50,209 nucleotides of DNA from Nitrospirota bacterium. GTDB lineage: Bacteria; Nitrospirota; UBA9217. Positions 26,428-35,426 of the stretch are shown piece after piece. Where the stretch lies: NCBI GenBank assembly GCA_963790205.1, contig CAWBNQ010000012.1:1-50209 (forward strand), read 5' to 3'. A program made the position numbers and the translations under genes. The first letter of the stretch is position 1. Every line of letters begins with the position of its first letter. The notes beneath the pieces were generated by a model. That model made no database searches. It was given only the letters and a program-made list of their open reading frames with translations, and was not told the origin of the DNA.

Positions 26428-28341
26428 TTAGTTCGTCAACAGCCGCAGCGCGCTCCCCGGCTCATGCATGGCCGCGGCCCTTGCCTCTTTCCACCTTCGC
26501 CTGAGCTTCTTCACATTCTCGCCCCTCGTCTCGCGCGTCTTGAGCTTCCTATCAATTATATCAAGTTGAGCGAGGGATCTACGGATGTCCGTCTCCAGCT
26601 TGCGATACTTCGCCGGATCGGACTTCGGAATCGAGAAGTCGCCGCTCGTTTTCCAGATGTCGCCCAGCTTCATCCACGCCGCAAAGTTTTCGATCTTTCC
26701 GCCTTCCACGATCTTGATCTTGGACGTAGCTTTTATATCCGTGACGCGAAGGCCGTTTCTGTCCGCTACGACCTTCTGACTCCCATCAAACGGTTCAGCG
26801 CCCTGGTTATCGAAATAATGCCACGTCACCCGGCTGACCTGCTCCTTTGCCTTATGGCAGCTCCCGCAGGTACGCGATTTCCCGAGCGGGTGCGCAACCT
26901 GCTCGACTTGAAGCCATGCAAGGTAGTTGTTGTTCCCGCCGGGGAAGTTAAACGTCCCGAGCTGGACATAGGCATCGTGCGTCTCGCCCTTGGGCCAGCG
27001 GAAGACAAACCCCGGCTTCGGCAGCACGGTCTCCTTGATCCCGCCCGCGCTGTTCGGCCAAATCTTCACCGGCATCCATCTGCCGTTCTGATCTTTGATC
27101 AGGATCGGCGGCCCCTGCGGGCCGTAATAGAGTGAATATTTCTTGAAGGGGTTCGGCTTGGACTCGATCAGGCCCGGCCCCCAGGAGGTCATCTCATAAC
27201 CGCCCAGGATCTTCACGTGGCAGGCCGCGCAGGCAAGGTTCTTGTGAACGCTTTTTGCCATCGCCTCTTCGACTTCGATATGGCAGTCCTGGCACGTGGC
27301 CTTTCTTTCCAGGTGCCCCATGCCTCCGATAGCTTCATGGCAATCCACGCATTCGATTTTTTTTGCAACATGTACGTCTTCGGGCAGACCAGGCGGCTCG
27401 GAGAAGTCTTTCCCGAGATAGCTGTCGCCCCGCCTCCGCTCCATGGTGCCTGAGTGGCAGACGAACGTGCTCCGTCCGCCGCCGGAACAGTTTGCCGAAG
27501 GAGGCGTTCGGCTGAAGGCGTGCACGCCCTTCTCGCGCGTGGGTGCGTAGTGGCAGTCGAGACAGCCGGCGTGGCATATGTTGCAGGCCTTCTGCTTGGC
27601 AACCGCCTGTGCGCGCGTAAGAGGCAGATTGATCTGCTCTATGATCTTTTGTGTATTTTCGAAGGAGAACTTGTCGCCTTCCGCCCTGCCGACCGGCTGG
27701 GTGTCCGCAAAGGACGGCCCTCAATTATTCGGGCCGTGGATGTCTGTCCAGGTCCGCATGGAGCGCTGCCTGAAGTTCGCGCCCATGACGCTGGTGGCGA
27801 ACTGCTTCACCTCTTCAGGATGGCAGCTTGGTTTGCCGCAGGTCTTTTGGGCCAGGGCGGGATCGTACCCGAGGGTAACGGGACTCCGGTCCTGCCACAG
27901 GAGCGTGCCTACTTCATAGTCCAAGGAACCGTCCGGAAGACGAGGCAGCATGTTCCGCTGGCGGTCGTCGCCCGAGGGAAGGAGCTGCTTTACATGATTC
28001 TTCCGGGATATGATATCGAAGTTGTTGTCCAAAACAATCAGTTTGAGCATGCCCTTGTGGGCCTTGGCGGGGTCGCTGGAAAGGCCGTTGCCGAGGTGAC
28101 AGTCGCGGCACTCGGTGTTCGGATGGCGCGCTTCCTTCTGGACCTGCTCCCGGGTCATCGTGAATTCGGGATAACCGAGGCCGGTCATCTTTACTTTGTC
28201 CGCATGGCAGGCCACGCATTTATCGCTCGATTGATACCCGCTGTACAAGAAGGCAAAAATAATCACCAGGACGAGTTGGACAAGAAGAATTGCCATGCCC
28301 GTTCTATTGCCGAAGAATTTCCAGAGTTTGCCGATAGCCAT
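26428..28341 (-). CDS. Membrane-anchored multiheme cytochrome c with an in-frame TGA at codon 207 (candidate selenocysteine), 637 aa
   Basis: ORFs 27721-28341 and 26428-27525 share a frame; the 65 codons between are stop-free and contain CNICH and CLDCH; 8 CxxCH in total plus CX4CH and CX9CH; N-terminal TM helix. Confidence 0.8.
27684..27701 (-). promoter_or_regulatory. Candidate bacterial SECIS hairpin
   Basis: CCC-A-GCC-GGUC-GGC-A-GGG, with the loop 27-30 nt after the UGA and beginning with GG, like the GGUC core of the E. coli fdhF SECIS loop. Confidence 0.55.
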
Positions 28342-28349
28342 AGTTTATC

Positions 28350-28473
28350 CAAGCACCAAATCTCAAGCACCAAATCGCAAATAAATCTCAAGGGCCACTA
28401 TGCAAACAAGACGGTTATTTGGTCATTGTGTTTTGGAATTTATTTGGGATTTGTTTACTGGGATTTGAAATTT
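28350..28473. repeat. 7/14-mer inverted arrays between radA and the cytochrome
   Basis: aagcaccaaatctc/aagcaccaaatcgc/aaataaatctc ... ttggaatttatttgggatttg...ggatttgaaattt. Confidence 0.75.
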
Positions 28474-28476
28474 GCC

Positions 28477-29847
28477 CTAAAACAGTCTCTCCATCGCCTC
28501 TTCGACCGTGCGCACGCCCATGAGCTCCATCTTCTTGAGCGAAGCGGACTTTTCCATTTTCTCCACGTTGAGCGCCGGCAGGATGCAGCGCGTAAAACCG
28601 AGCTTTGCCGCGTCCTTGAGCCTGGACTCCGCCTGGCTGATGGCGCGCACTTCTCCGGCGAGGCCCACTTCGCCCATGACCACGGTCTGGGCATGGATCG
28701 GTTTCTCGCGGAAGCTCGAAGCCACGGCCGCGATCACGCCGAGGTCAATGGCCGGCTCGTCGATCTTCAGGCCCCCGACAATATTTACGAACACGTCCAT
28801 GCCCATGAGGTGCATGCCCACGCGTTTTTCGAGGACTGCCAGCAGGAGCGAGACCCGGTTAAAGTCCACGCCGATGCAGGTCCTGCGCGGCATGGTGAGC
28901 TTGGACGGCGCCACGAGCGCCTGGAGCTCGGCCAGGATCGGCCGTGTGCCTTCGAGGGATGAAACCACGACCGAGCCCGTGGCGTCCGCCGGCCGCTCGG
29001 CGAGGAAGATCTCCGAAGGGTTGGCGACCTCGGCGAGGCCGCTTTCCTTCATCTCGAACACGCCGATCTCGTTCGTGGAGCCGAAGCGGTTCTTGACCGC
29101 CCGCAGGATGCGGAAGGAATGTCCCTTGTCGCCTTCGAAATAGAGGACCGTGTCCACGATGTGCTCGAGCACGCGCGGCCCGGCGATGGCGCCGTCCTTG
29201 GTCACGTGGCCGATGAGGAACGTCGGGATGCCCGTGCGCTTGGCGTGCAGCATGAGCCTTCCGGACACCTCGCGCACCTGTCCCACGCTGCCCGGCGCGG
29301 ACGGCAGCTCCGAGGTGAAGACGGTCTGGACGGAATCGACGACCAGGACCTGCGGCTGGAGCCCGTCGGCCGCGTGAATGATCTCTTCGAGCTGCGTCTC
29401 GGCAAGCACGTAGAGGTTGTCGGTCTTGACGCCCAGGCGTGTCGCGCGCATCTTGATCTGGGCAGGAGACTCCTCGCCTGAGACATAGAGCGCCTTGCCC
29501 CGAAGCTCCGACACCTGCCGGAGCATCTGGAGCACGAGCGTGGACTTGCCGATGCCGGGGTCGCCGCCGATCAGGACCACGGAACCGGCGACGATGCCGC
29601 CGCCCAGGACCCGGTCGAGCTCTCCGATCTTCGTGACGAAACGGTCCTCGTCCCGCGCCTGGATGTCGCCCAGGAGGAGCGGCTCAGCGCCGTCACGGCG
29701 TTTTGAGCTCCCGACGTCCTTCTGCTTCTCGACCCGCTCCTCGACCATGGTGTTCCACTGGCCGCAGTCGGGGCATTTGCCCATCCACCGCGGCGACTGG
29801 GTGCCGCAGGACTGGCATACATAGACGGTTTTGGCTTTGGATTTCAC
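28477..29847 (-). CDS. radA: DNA repair protein RadA/Sms
   Basis: C4 zinc finger, GDPGIGKST Walker A, KNRFG motif. Confidence 0.98.
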   Translation of the reverse strand: MKSKAKTVYVCQSCGTQSPRWMGKCPDCGQWNTMVEERVEKQKDVGSSKRRDGAEPLLLGDIQARDEDRFVTKIGELDRVLGGGIVAGSVVLIGGDPGIGKSTLVLQMLRQVSELRGKALYVSGEESPAQIKMRATRLGVKTDNLYVLAETQLEEIIHAADGLQPQVLVVDSVQTVFTSELPSAPGSVGQVREVSGRLMLHAKRTGIPTFLIGHVTKDGAIAGPRVLEHIVDTVLYFEGDKGHSFRILRAVKNRFGSTNEIGVFEMKESGLAEVANPSEIFLAERPADATGSVVVSSLEGTRPILAELQALVAPSKLTMPRRTCIGVDFNRVSLLLAVLEKRVGMHLMGMDVFVNIVGGLKIDEPAIDLGVIAAVASSFREKPIHAQTVVMGEVGLAGEVRAISQAESRLKDAAKLGFTRCILPALNVEKMEKSASLKKMELMGVRTVEEAMERLF

Positions 29848-29856
29848 AGTGAAAGT

Positions 29857-29885
29857 ATTCTATTGGTTCGGTCCCGGAATGTCAA
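29857..29885 (-). promoter_or_regulatory. sigma70 promoter of radA
   Basis: TTGACA-17 nt-TAGAAT, ending 9 nt before the GTG start. Confidence 0.7.
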
Positions 29886-29984
29886 ACGCAAAATCTCCGG
29901 CAAGGGGGGTCTTACCGTTGAGAAGACAGTACGTGAAGGATGTTGAAAGAAGACTACTCACCGCGGACAGCCGGCTGTCTTTCT

Positions 29985-30815
29985 TTATAATCTCGCCATC
30001 GGTTCGGACAGCAGGCCGCTGAGGGTGAGGAGATAATATCCTTCGGCATCGCGGGTCCGCAAAAAAGAAATCAGCGCCGATTGCTCGTGCGCCAGCCGCT
30101 CCGACGGTTTCAGCTTTATCGCAAGGTTGATCGTGCCCCGTTCCCGGAGCACCAGGTCCCCGGTCGCGCGGACCGTGAGGTCCTTGCCGTCGAGCTCCAG
30201 CTTCTTCACGGTCAACCGGTCTCCCTTCAACTCGGCCTCGAGCCAGCCCTTTTCAAAATCCAGGTCGGGGATGGGAAATCCCTTGACCGTGAGCTCGCGC
30301 GAGGCCAGGTCCTTGAGCCAGAGCCTGCCCTTTCCCGAGTCCCCGTCCATCTCGAAATTTCCGCCCAGTTTTCCCGAGAGATGGAATCCGAGATCCTTCA
30401 GCAGGGGGTAGGAAGCGATGTCCAGTCCGTCGGCATCGAGCAGCAGGTACTGCCGTCCCGGCCCCTGGCTGGCCTTGACCAAAAGCTCCCCGCCGTACGC
30501 TTCGGCCTTCAGGTTGAGCGAAAGAGCTCCGCGGAGCAGGCTGAAGAGCGAGACCGTGGTCTTTACCGACTTGCTTTCGAACAGGACCCTGCCTTTGGTA
30601 TCGGACACGACGACGTCGGCAAGCACAAAACGGTTGAAGAACCGCGGAGAGATGCGCGCGACAGACAGTTCCAGGGGCGTGCGCAGATGAAATTCCGACT
30701 CCAGCTTCGACTTGATCCGGTCAAAGGGAAAGAGCAACAGAAGGAAGAGCAGAAATACAGCGGCAAAATACGCGGCGAACGACAGCCTTCTGAGGAGCGT
30801 TTTTCTCTCGATCAT
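29985..30815 (-). CDS. gspN: Type II secretion protein N
   Basis: N-terminal TM ending in LFPFDRI, beta-rich body; last gene of the T2SS operon. Confidence 0.75.
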   Translation of the reverse strand: MIERKTLLRRLSFAAYFAAVFLLFLLLLFPFDRIKSKLESEFHLRTPLELSVARISPRFFNRFVLADVVVSDTKGRVLFESKSVKTTVSLFSLLRGALSLNLKAEAYGGELLVKASQGPGRQYLLLDADGLDIASYPLLKDLGFHLSGKLGGNFEMDGDSGKGRLWLKDLASRELTVKGFPIPDLDFEKGWLEAELKGDRLTVKKLELDGKDLTVRATGDLVLRERGTINLAIKLKPSERLAHEQSALISFLRTRDAEGYYLLTLSGLLSEPMARL

Positions 30816-30818
30816 GGC

Positions 30819-31319
30819 CTACCCCGCGCTCGATACCAGGATGGTGGAGTTCAAAAGCTTCGGGTTGTCGAAGCGGGGCTTGAAGTACAGCTTTCTGATA
30901 CGGAGCGTGGCCTTCTCGAGCTGGTTCACGTAGTTCACGATGTCGTAGAGCGTGACGTTCTCAAGCCTGATCTCGACGATGCTCTCTTTGAAATTCTCGG
31001 TCTGAACGCCCGCCTGCGGCTTGAGCGACACGATCTTGCCGCCCAGGTTCGCCCGTTTCGTTATGTTCTCGATCTCCGTGAGGAGCGGACCGCGTTTCGC
31101 CGCCGAGGCCTGCACCTGCTGAAGCCGCTGCTGCATCTCGAGATACTGGTCCTTGAGCACGCGCATCTCGGCCAGGTCCCGCTCCTTCTTCGGGATCAGG
31201 TCCCGTTTGCGGGAGAGGTCCGCGGAAAGCGGCGCGATGACGAAGGCATAGAGCAGGATCGCTGCGGCGGCGATCCCGCCGAAAATAAGCGTCCTTTTAT
31301 CTCGTTCTTCAAGCTTCAA
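30819..31319 (-). CDS. gspM: Type II secretion protein M
   Basis: LEERDKR-TM-coiled coil architecture; TTG start at 31319 after GAGGTG. Confidence 0.8.
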   Translation of the reverse strand: MKLEERDKRTLIFGGIAAAAILLYAFVIAPLSADLSRKRDLIPKKERDLAEMRVLKDQYLEMQQRLQQVQASAAKRGPLLTEIENITKRANLGGKIVSLKPQAGVQTENFKESIVEIRLENVTLYDIVNYVNQLEKATLRIRKLYFKPRFDNPKLLNSTILVSSAG

Positions 31320-31352
31320 AAAAAACACCTCATTGAAATCATGACACAATGA

Positions 31353-31413
31353 TTGAGGTTAAGGCTGAGGCTCAGCAGCCCTCAACCTGAGCCTGGAACC
31401 TTAACCTTGCCTC
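31353..31413. repeat. 6-mer inverted arrays between gspL and gspM
   Basis: ttgagg/ttaagg/ctgagg ... ctcaac/ctgagc/.../cttaac. Confidence 0.7.
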
Positions 31414-32749
31414 ACGCCGCCTGCTTCAGCTTGATGTCGAGCCGGAACTTCACCTTGTTGTCCGCGCCCATCCGCGTGTCCAGGACAGTGACCTCGCTGA
31501 ACAGCTCGGACTTCAGGAGCTCGGCCTTGATCTTGTCCACGGATTCGAAGGAGGCCGCCTCGCCCTGGAGTTTCAGCCGGTCTCCTTCAAGGTTGAACTC
31601 CTGAAATGCGACCCGTACTTCTTTCGGGATGCCGTCGGTCACCGCCTTCATCACATCGAGGGCCGACGTCCCCGTGCCGAGCACGCCGTACTTTTTTCGC
31701 GCCTCGTCGAGGCTGCTTTTCAGCATCCTCACGGGATCGGCGGCCGTTTTCGCGTCGGGAACGGCCTGATGGTAGATGGCGCGGATCTCCTGGTCCAGCT
31801 TGCCGTAAGAAGTCTCCACCAGGTAGTACTTGACGCCCAGGTTCGCAACAAAAAGGACGGCTGCGGCCGCTCCGGCGATGAGGAGCGTTCGTTTTCTGCG
31901 GTGCGCGCCTTCGTCCGCCAGGCGGTAGGAAAACTCCCCTTTGCGGAAATTTACCTGCTCCGACAATGCAAGCCCAAGGCTCACGGGGTCAACGGCCTTC
32001 TTGCCGCCCAGTTCGGGGGCAATTTGTTCGACCGTGATTCCGAGGGCGGCCAGCTCGCCCTGCGCGCCGTCGTCCGCACACAGCAGGGATGCCTTTTCAA
32101 CCCGTTCCTTCTGCTCTGTCTCCAGCGACTGAACGGTGTGGCGCAAGCCAGCGGTCGGCCCCAGGCCGGAAAAGCTCCTGAGGGCCTTGACGGCGCCGTT
32201 GCTCCTCAAACAGAGGTCCCTGCCGCAGGTCAAGAGCGTGCACCCTTCAGACTTCATCATCTCCGAGAGGGAATAAAGCCCTACGTAGGAGGGAACGATG
32301 AATTGCGGGTCTATGCCGGCCGAAGCGAGAAGGTCGAGATGCTGCTTCAGGACCGCTTTCGGCAGCATGAGAGCGAGCACCTCGGCCTCTTTCGAAGCCC
32401 CGGCGCCTTTGGCGCCTTGTCCTCCATCGAGGAGCAGATGGTCGATCACGATATCATCGAGCGGAAAAGGCAGGCCGTCTTCGAGCTCGAAGGGCAGCGC
32501 CTTTTCCACGCGTTTGCGGTCTGCAAAGGGAAAGGACACCAGGCGCTGGCTGAACAGGTGGCCGGGAATTGACGAGACGATCCTGGCGCCGGTCCAGTCC
32601 CGCGCTTTGTCCTTCACTATTTCCACGAGTTCGGCGTCGGTTGCAAAGGGCTGGCTGAAAGAGCCCGTCAGTTCATTCTGGCGGTACCCTTTCTGCACGA
32701 TCGACGCGGCAACGAGGCCCTTTTCTATTTTAAGACCGACGATTTTCAC
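31412..32749 (-). CDS. gspL: Type II secretion protein L
   Basis: Actin-like cytoplasmic domain (ALPFELED), one TM, PilN-like C-terminus; operon order. Confidence 0.85.
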   Translation of the reverse strand: MKIVGLKIEKGLVAASIVQKGYRQNELTGSFSQPFATDAELVEIVKDKARDWTGARIVSSIPGHLFSQRLVSFPFADRKRVEKALPFELEDGLPFPLDDIVIDHLLLDGGQGAKGAGASKEAEVLALMLPKAVLKQHLDLLASAGIDPQFIVPSYVGLYSLSEMMKSEGCTLLTCGRDLCLRSNGAVKALRSFSGLGPTAGLRHTVQSLETEQKERVEKASLLCADDGAQGELAALGITVEQIAPELGGKKAVDPVSLGLALSEQVNFRKGEFSYRLADEGAHRRKRTLLIAGAAAAVLFVANLGVKYYLVETSYGKLDQEIRAIYHQAVPDAKTAADPVRMLKSSLDEARKKYGVLGTGTSALDVMKAVTDGIPKEVRVAFQEFNLEGDRLKLQGEAASFESVDKIKAELLKSELFSEVTVLDTRMGADNKVKFRLDIKLKQAA

Positions 32750-33546
32750 AACTCTCTCCAGTAGAGGGGTGTCGTGCTGCCCCTCTGGATAATGGCTTGA
32801 ACCGTTCTGGTATAGCCGCCGACCGTGGCGTCAGAGTAGATCTTGTACGTATTGCTCGTAACGTCCAGATAACTGGCAACCAGCGGCTCCATGCCGGGCA
32901 TGTTCGTGATCTCCGACGTTGAGGTGAACGGCTGGTCATTTCTTCTGTTGATGATCAGACCCACGACGCTGTCATCCTTCCCCAGGCTCCTGCAGAGGCT
33001 CTGAAGCACTTCACGAGATGCGGTGTTGATATTGATCTTCGCCACCGGCGCAACCGTCAAGAAGTCCTTTACCTTGAGGTAATCCTCGTCGCTCATGACC
33101 TGATGCAGCTCGGAGAGGAGATAAAAGGATTTTTTTTCGACGATCCTGTTATCCAGCACATCCTGGCTGATCCCCTTGATATCGAAAAGCTGCTGAAGAC
33201 GTTTATAAGCGTCATTACCCTGTACCACAAGCGGAATTGATATCTTGCCCTGCTCGTCTTCCCATGCAATCCGGACCTGCGTGTCTCCCTCGCTCAGGAA
33301 CGGCGGGGCGACCCACTCATGCTGCGGGACGTTCTTGGTCAGCGTGTCCAGGTACTTCATAGAAGCATAGACCCCGGCGCGCGCCAGAAAGTAGGCGCGC
33401 TGGCTGTCGCGGAAGTTGATTGCGCTGTTCAGGCTGATGCGCGTGGCATAGGCAAACTCGAAAATAAGCGCGATCAAAAGCGCCGTCACCAGGAGCACGA
33501 TCAGGAGCGCAATGCCGCGGTTGTTTTTCCACGATCCCGTCTTCAT
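32746..33546 (-). CDS. gspK: Minor pseudopilin K
   Basis: RG|IALLIVL without Glu+5, DEQGKI, ININTAS. Confidence 0.9.
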   Translation of the reverse strand: MKTGSWKNNRGIALLIVLLVTALLIALIFEFAYATRISLNSAINFRDSQRAYFLARAGVYASMKYLDTLTKNVPQHEWVAPPFLSEGDTQVRIAWEDEQGKISIPLVVQGNDAYKRLQQLFDIKGISQDVLDNRIVEKKSFYLLSELHQVMSDEDYLKVKDFLTVAPVAKININTASREVLQSLCRSLGKDDSVVGLIINRRNDQPFTSTSEITNMPGMEPLVASYLDVTSNTYKIYSDATVGGYTRTVQAIIQRGSTTPLYWREL

Positions 33547-33569
33547 ACTGTTTATCACGTGCTACGCAC

Positions 33570-34397
33570 TCACTGTCTCGATACGTCCGCCTCCGTAACG
33601 TAGACCTTGCCGGTATCGAGGGTAAGCGCCAGTTCCACGGCCTTCGGCAAACCCCCGAGCGTCCGGGTGTCCCATTCGTCCACCCATGTCGTCCCGTTGT
33701 AATACCGGAACTGCAGTCCCGCAACGCGGTCGGTGATCTCGTACTCCTCGCCGCCTTCGAGCGGCGGCACGTCCGGGCTCAGTTCCCGCTTCTCCCTGCG
33801 ATAGAGTGAATACCCGCTGCCGTCCGGCTTCTCCTTGAAGAAGTAGCCCACCTCCAGAAGCTCGGTTTGTTGTGTGCCCGGGGTCCGCCAATTCGTGAGC
33901 GTCGTCAGGGAAAGACTGTCGTGCCTCACTTTATCTTCTCCCTCCCCGGCCTCCGCCTTCTTGCCGTACAAGATGGTCAGATTGACATTCGCATTCGTGT
34001 TCGGATTAACCGGATTCATGTTCGGGTTGTAATAGGCATTGGCCAGATCGTCCGTAAGCTTCGAAAACAGCGTACGGGCCAGATCGGTTTCGTCCCTCGC
34101 GGCCTCCGCCTGTTTAATATTGCGTCCCGCCGTGGAAAAGCTTCCATAGATCACGCTCATGATCACCACGAGGATCGCCATGGCCAGGAGCACTTCGATA
34201 AGGGTGAACCCGCTCCCCTTGCGGATTTCAGATTTCGGATTTCGGATTTTTGTCCTTTTGTTTTGCATCCCGCAATCCGCATTCCGTTTACATCCGCGCT
34301 CATGAGCCTGCACCCGGTGCAATGAGTGCTCGCCGCGAATACAGGGTGTGCATAGCGCGAGTGCAGGGTGCAAGCCGCAATGAATAACGCTACTCAT
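33570..34397 (-). CDS. gspJ: Minor pseudopilin J with a repeat-derived leader (alternative start ATG 34268)
   Basis: G|FTLIEVLLA, LYRRE, LQFRYY, LPKAVEL. Confidence 0.88.
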   Translation of the reverse strand: MSSVIHCGLHPALALCTPCIRGEHSLHRVQAHERGCKRNADCGMQNKRTKIRNPKSEIRKGSGFTLIEVLLAMAILVVIMSVIYGSFSTAGRNIKQAEAARDETDLARTLFSKLTDDLANAYYNPNMNPVNPNTNANVNLTILYGKKAEAGEGEDKVRHDSLSLTTLTNWRTPGTQQTELLEVGYFFKEKPDGSGYSLYRREKRELSPDVPPLEGGEEYEITDRVAGLQFRYYNGTTWVDEWDTRTLGGLPKAVELALTLDTGKVYVTEADVSRQ

Positions 34398-34845
34398 AGC
34401 TCTCCAGCTCGACCGTCTCCTGCCGCGTACCCTCTTTCCAGAGCACGGCCACGCGCACCTCCATGATCTTTACCCCCCCAGCCCCTTCGAGCTGCATGGG
34501 TGAGATCGTTTTCTTCCAGGTATAGTCCTTGAACTCGGCTTCCTCAAACGCGCCTTCGTCCTCTTTCTGAACGAGCGCTCCTGTTCCCGCGGTTACCAGC
34601 GTTTCGGTCATCAGGCGCTTCGCCAGGAGTGTGGCCGTGGTGATGTGCTCCGAGAGCATCACGTCCTTTGTGCTCCTGTTCTTCAGTCCCAGGAGCGACA
34701 CGAGCACCAAGGCCAGGATGGCCACAGCGACCATCACTTCGAGGAGAGTGAAACCCGCTTCATCGCGGACTGCAGATTGCGGATTGCGGATTTTTGCTTT
34801 TTCATTCAATCCGAAATCCGAAATCCGAAATCCGCAATGCTTCAT
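34390..34845 (-). CDS. gspI: Minor pseudopilin I with a repeat-derived leader
   Basis: G|FTLLEVMVA; ATG overlaps the gspH TGA, RBS GGAGGAG. Confidence 0.88.
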   Translation of the reverse strand: MKHCGFRISDFGLNEKAKIRNPQSAVRDEAGFTLLEVMVAVAILALVLVSLLGLKNRSTKDVMLSEHITTATLLAKRLMTETLVTAGTGALVQKEDEGAFEEAEFKDYTWKKTISPMQLEGAGGVKIMEVRVAVLWKEGTRQETVELESYE

Positions 34846-35426
34846 TTCTCCTCCACATAGCCGTCGCGGAGTTCGGTGGTCCCCATCAACGAATTCACGA
34901 TCAGAGTAAAATCCCGTTCCTCGCCGTCGCGAAGATGGATAAGCGCATGCTCGACCCACCCGTCGGGTGTGAATCGAATATACGGGTCATCGGGATGGCC
35001 GGCGACCGCGATGTCGCGGAACGTCGTCTGGCCTGACAAGCTTCCTTCGCCCCCGATAACCGATGTGGCGCGTTTGAACTCCACCGTGTTATCGGATGTG
35101 ACAAATGGGGCCTCTGCCCAGTATTGCCCGGCCTGAACATCGAACCGCAAACGGAACTCGGTCTTCTTTGCCTGGGACTCGTCCCGCAGGAAGCGGATCA
35201 TGCCCGTCAAGTGCCGGGCGCTCCGCTTCAGGTTCGCGTTGCCGATATCGGCGAACCGCGGCGCGACCAGCGCGATCATGACGCCCAGGATGGCGATGAC
35301 CACCGCGAGTTCGATGAGGGTAAAACCGTTCGATTGCGGATTGCGGATTGCCGAATCCGGATGTTCGCCTTCTCTTTCAATCCGAAATCCGAAATCCGAG
35401 GTCCGAAATTGTGATCCATTCCGCAT
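34842..35426 (-). CDS. gspH: Minor pseudopilin H with a repeat-derived leader
   Basis: G|FTLIELAVV, IRFTPDG; ATG directly after the gspG TAA. Confidence 0.88.
   Translation of the reverse strand: MRNGSQFRTSDFGFRIEREGEHPDSAIRNPQSNGFTLIELAVVIAILGVMIALVAPRFADIGNANLKRSARHLTGMIRFLRDESQAKKTEFRLRFDVQAGQYWAEAPFVTSDNTVEFKRATSVIGGEGSLSGQTTFRDIAVAGHPDDPYIRFTPDGWVEHALIHLRDGEERDFTLIVNSLMGTTELRDGYVEEK

Noticed and set aside
27721..27723. Genome-wide UGA reassignment to Trp or Gly
   Set aside because: rplD, gspF, gspH and cysS end at TGA at normal lengths; tRNA-Trp has a CCA anticodon
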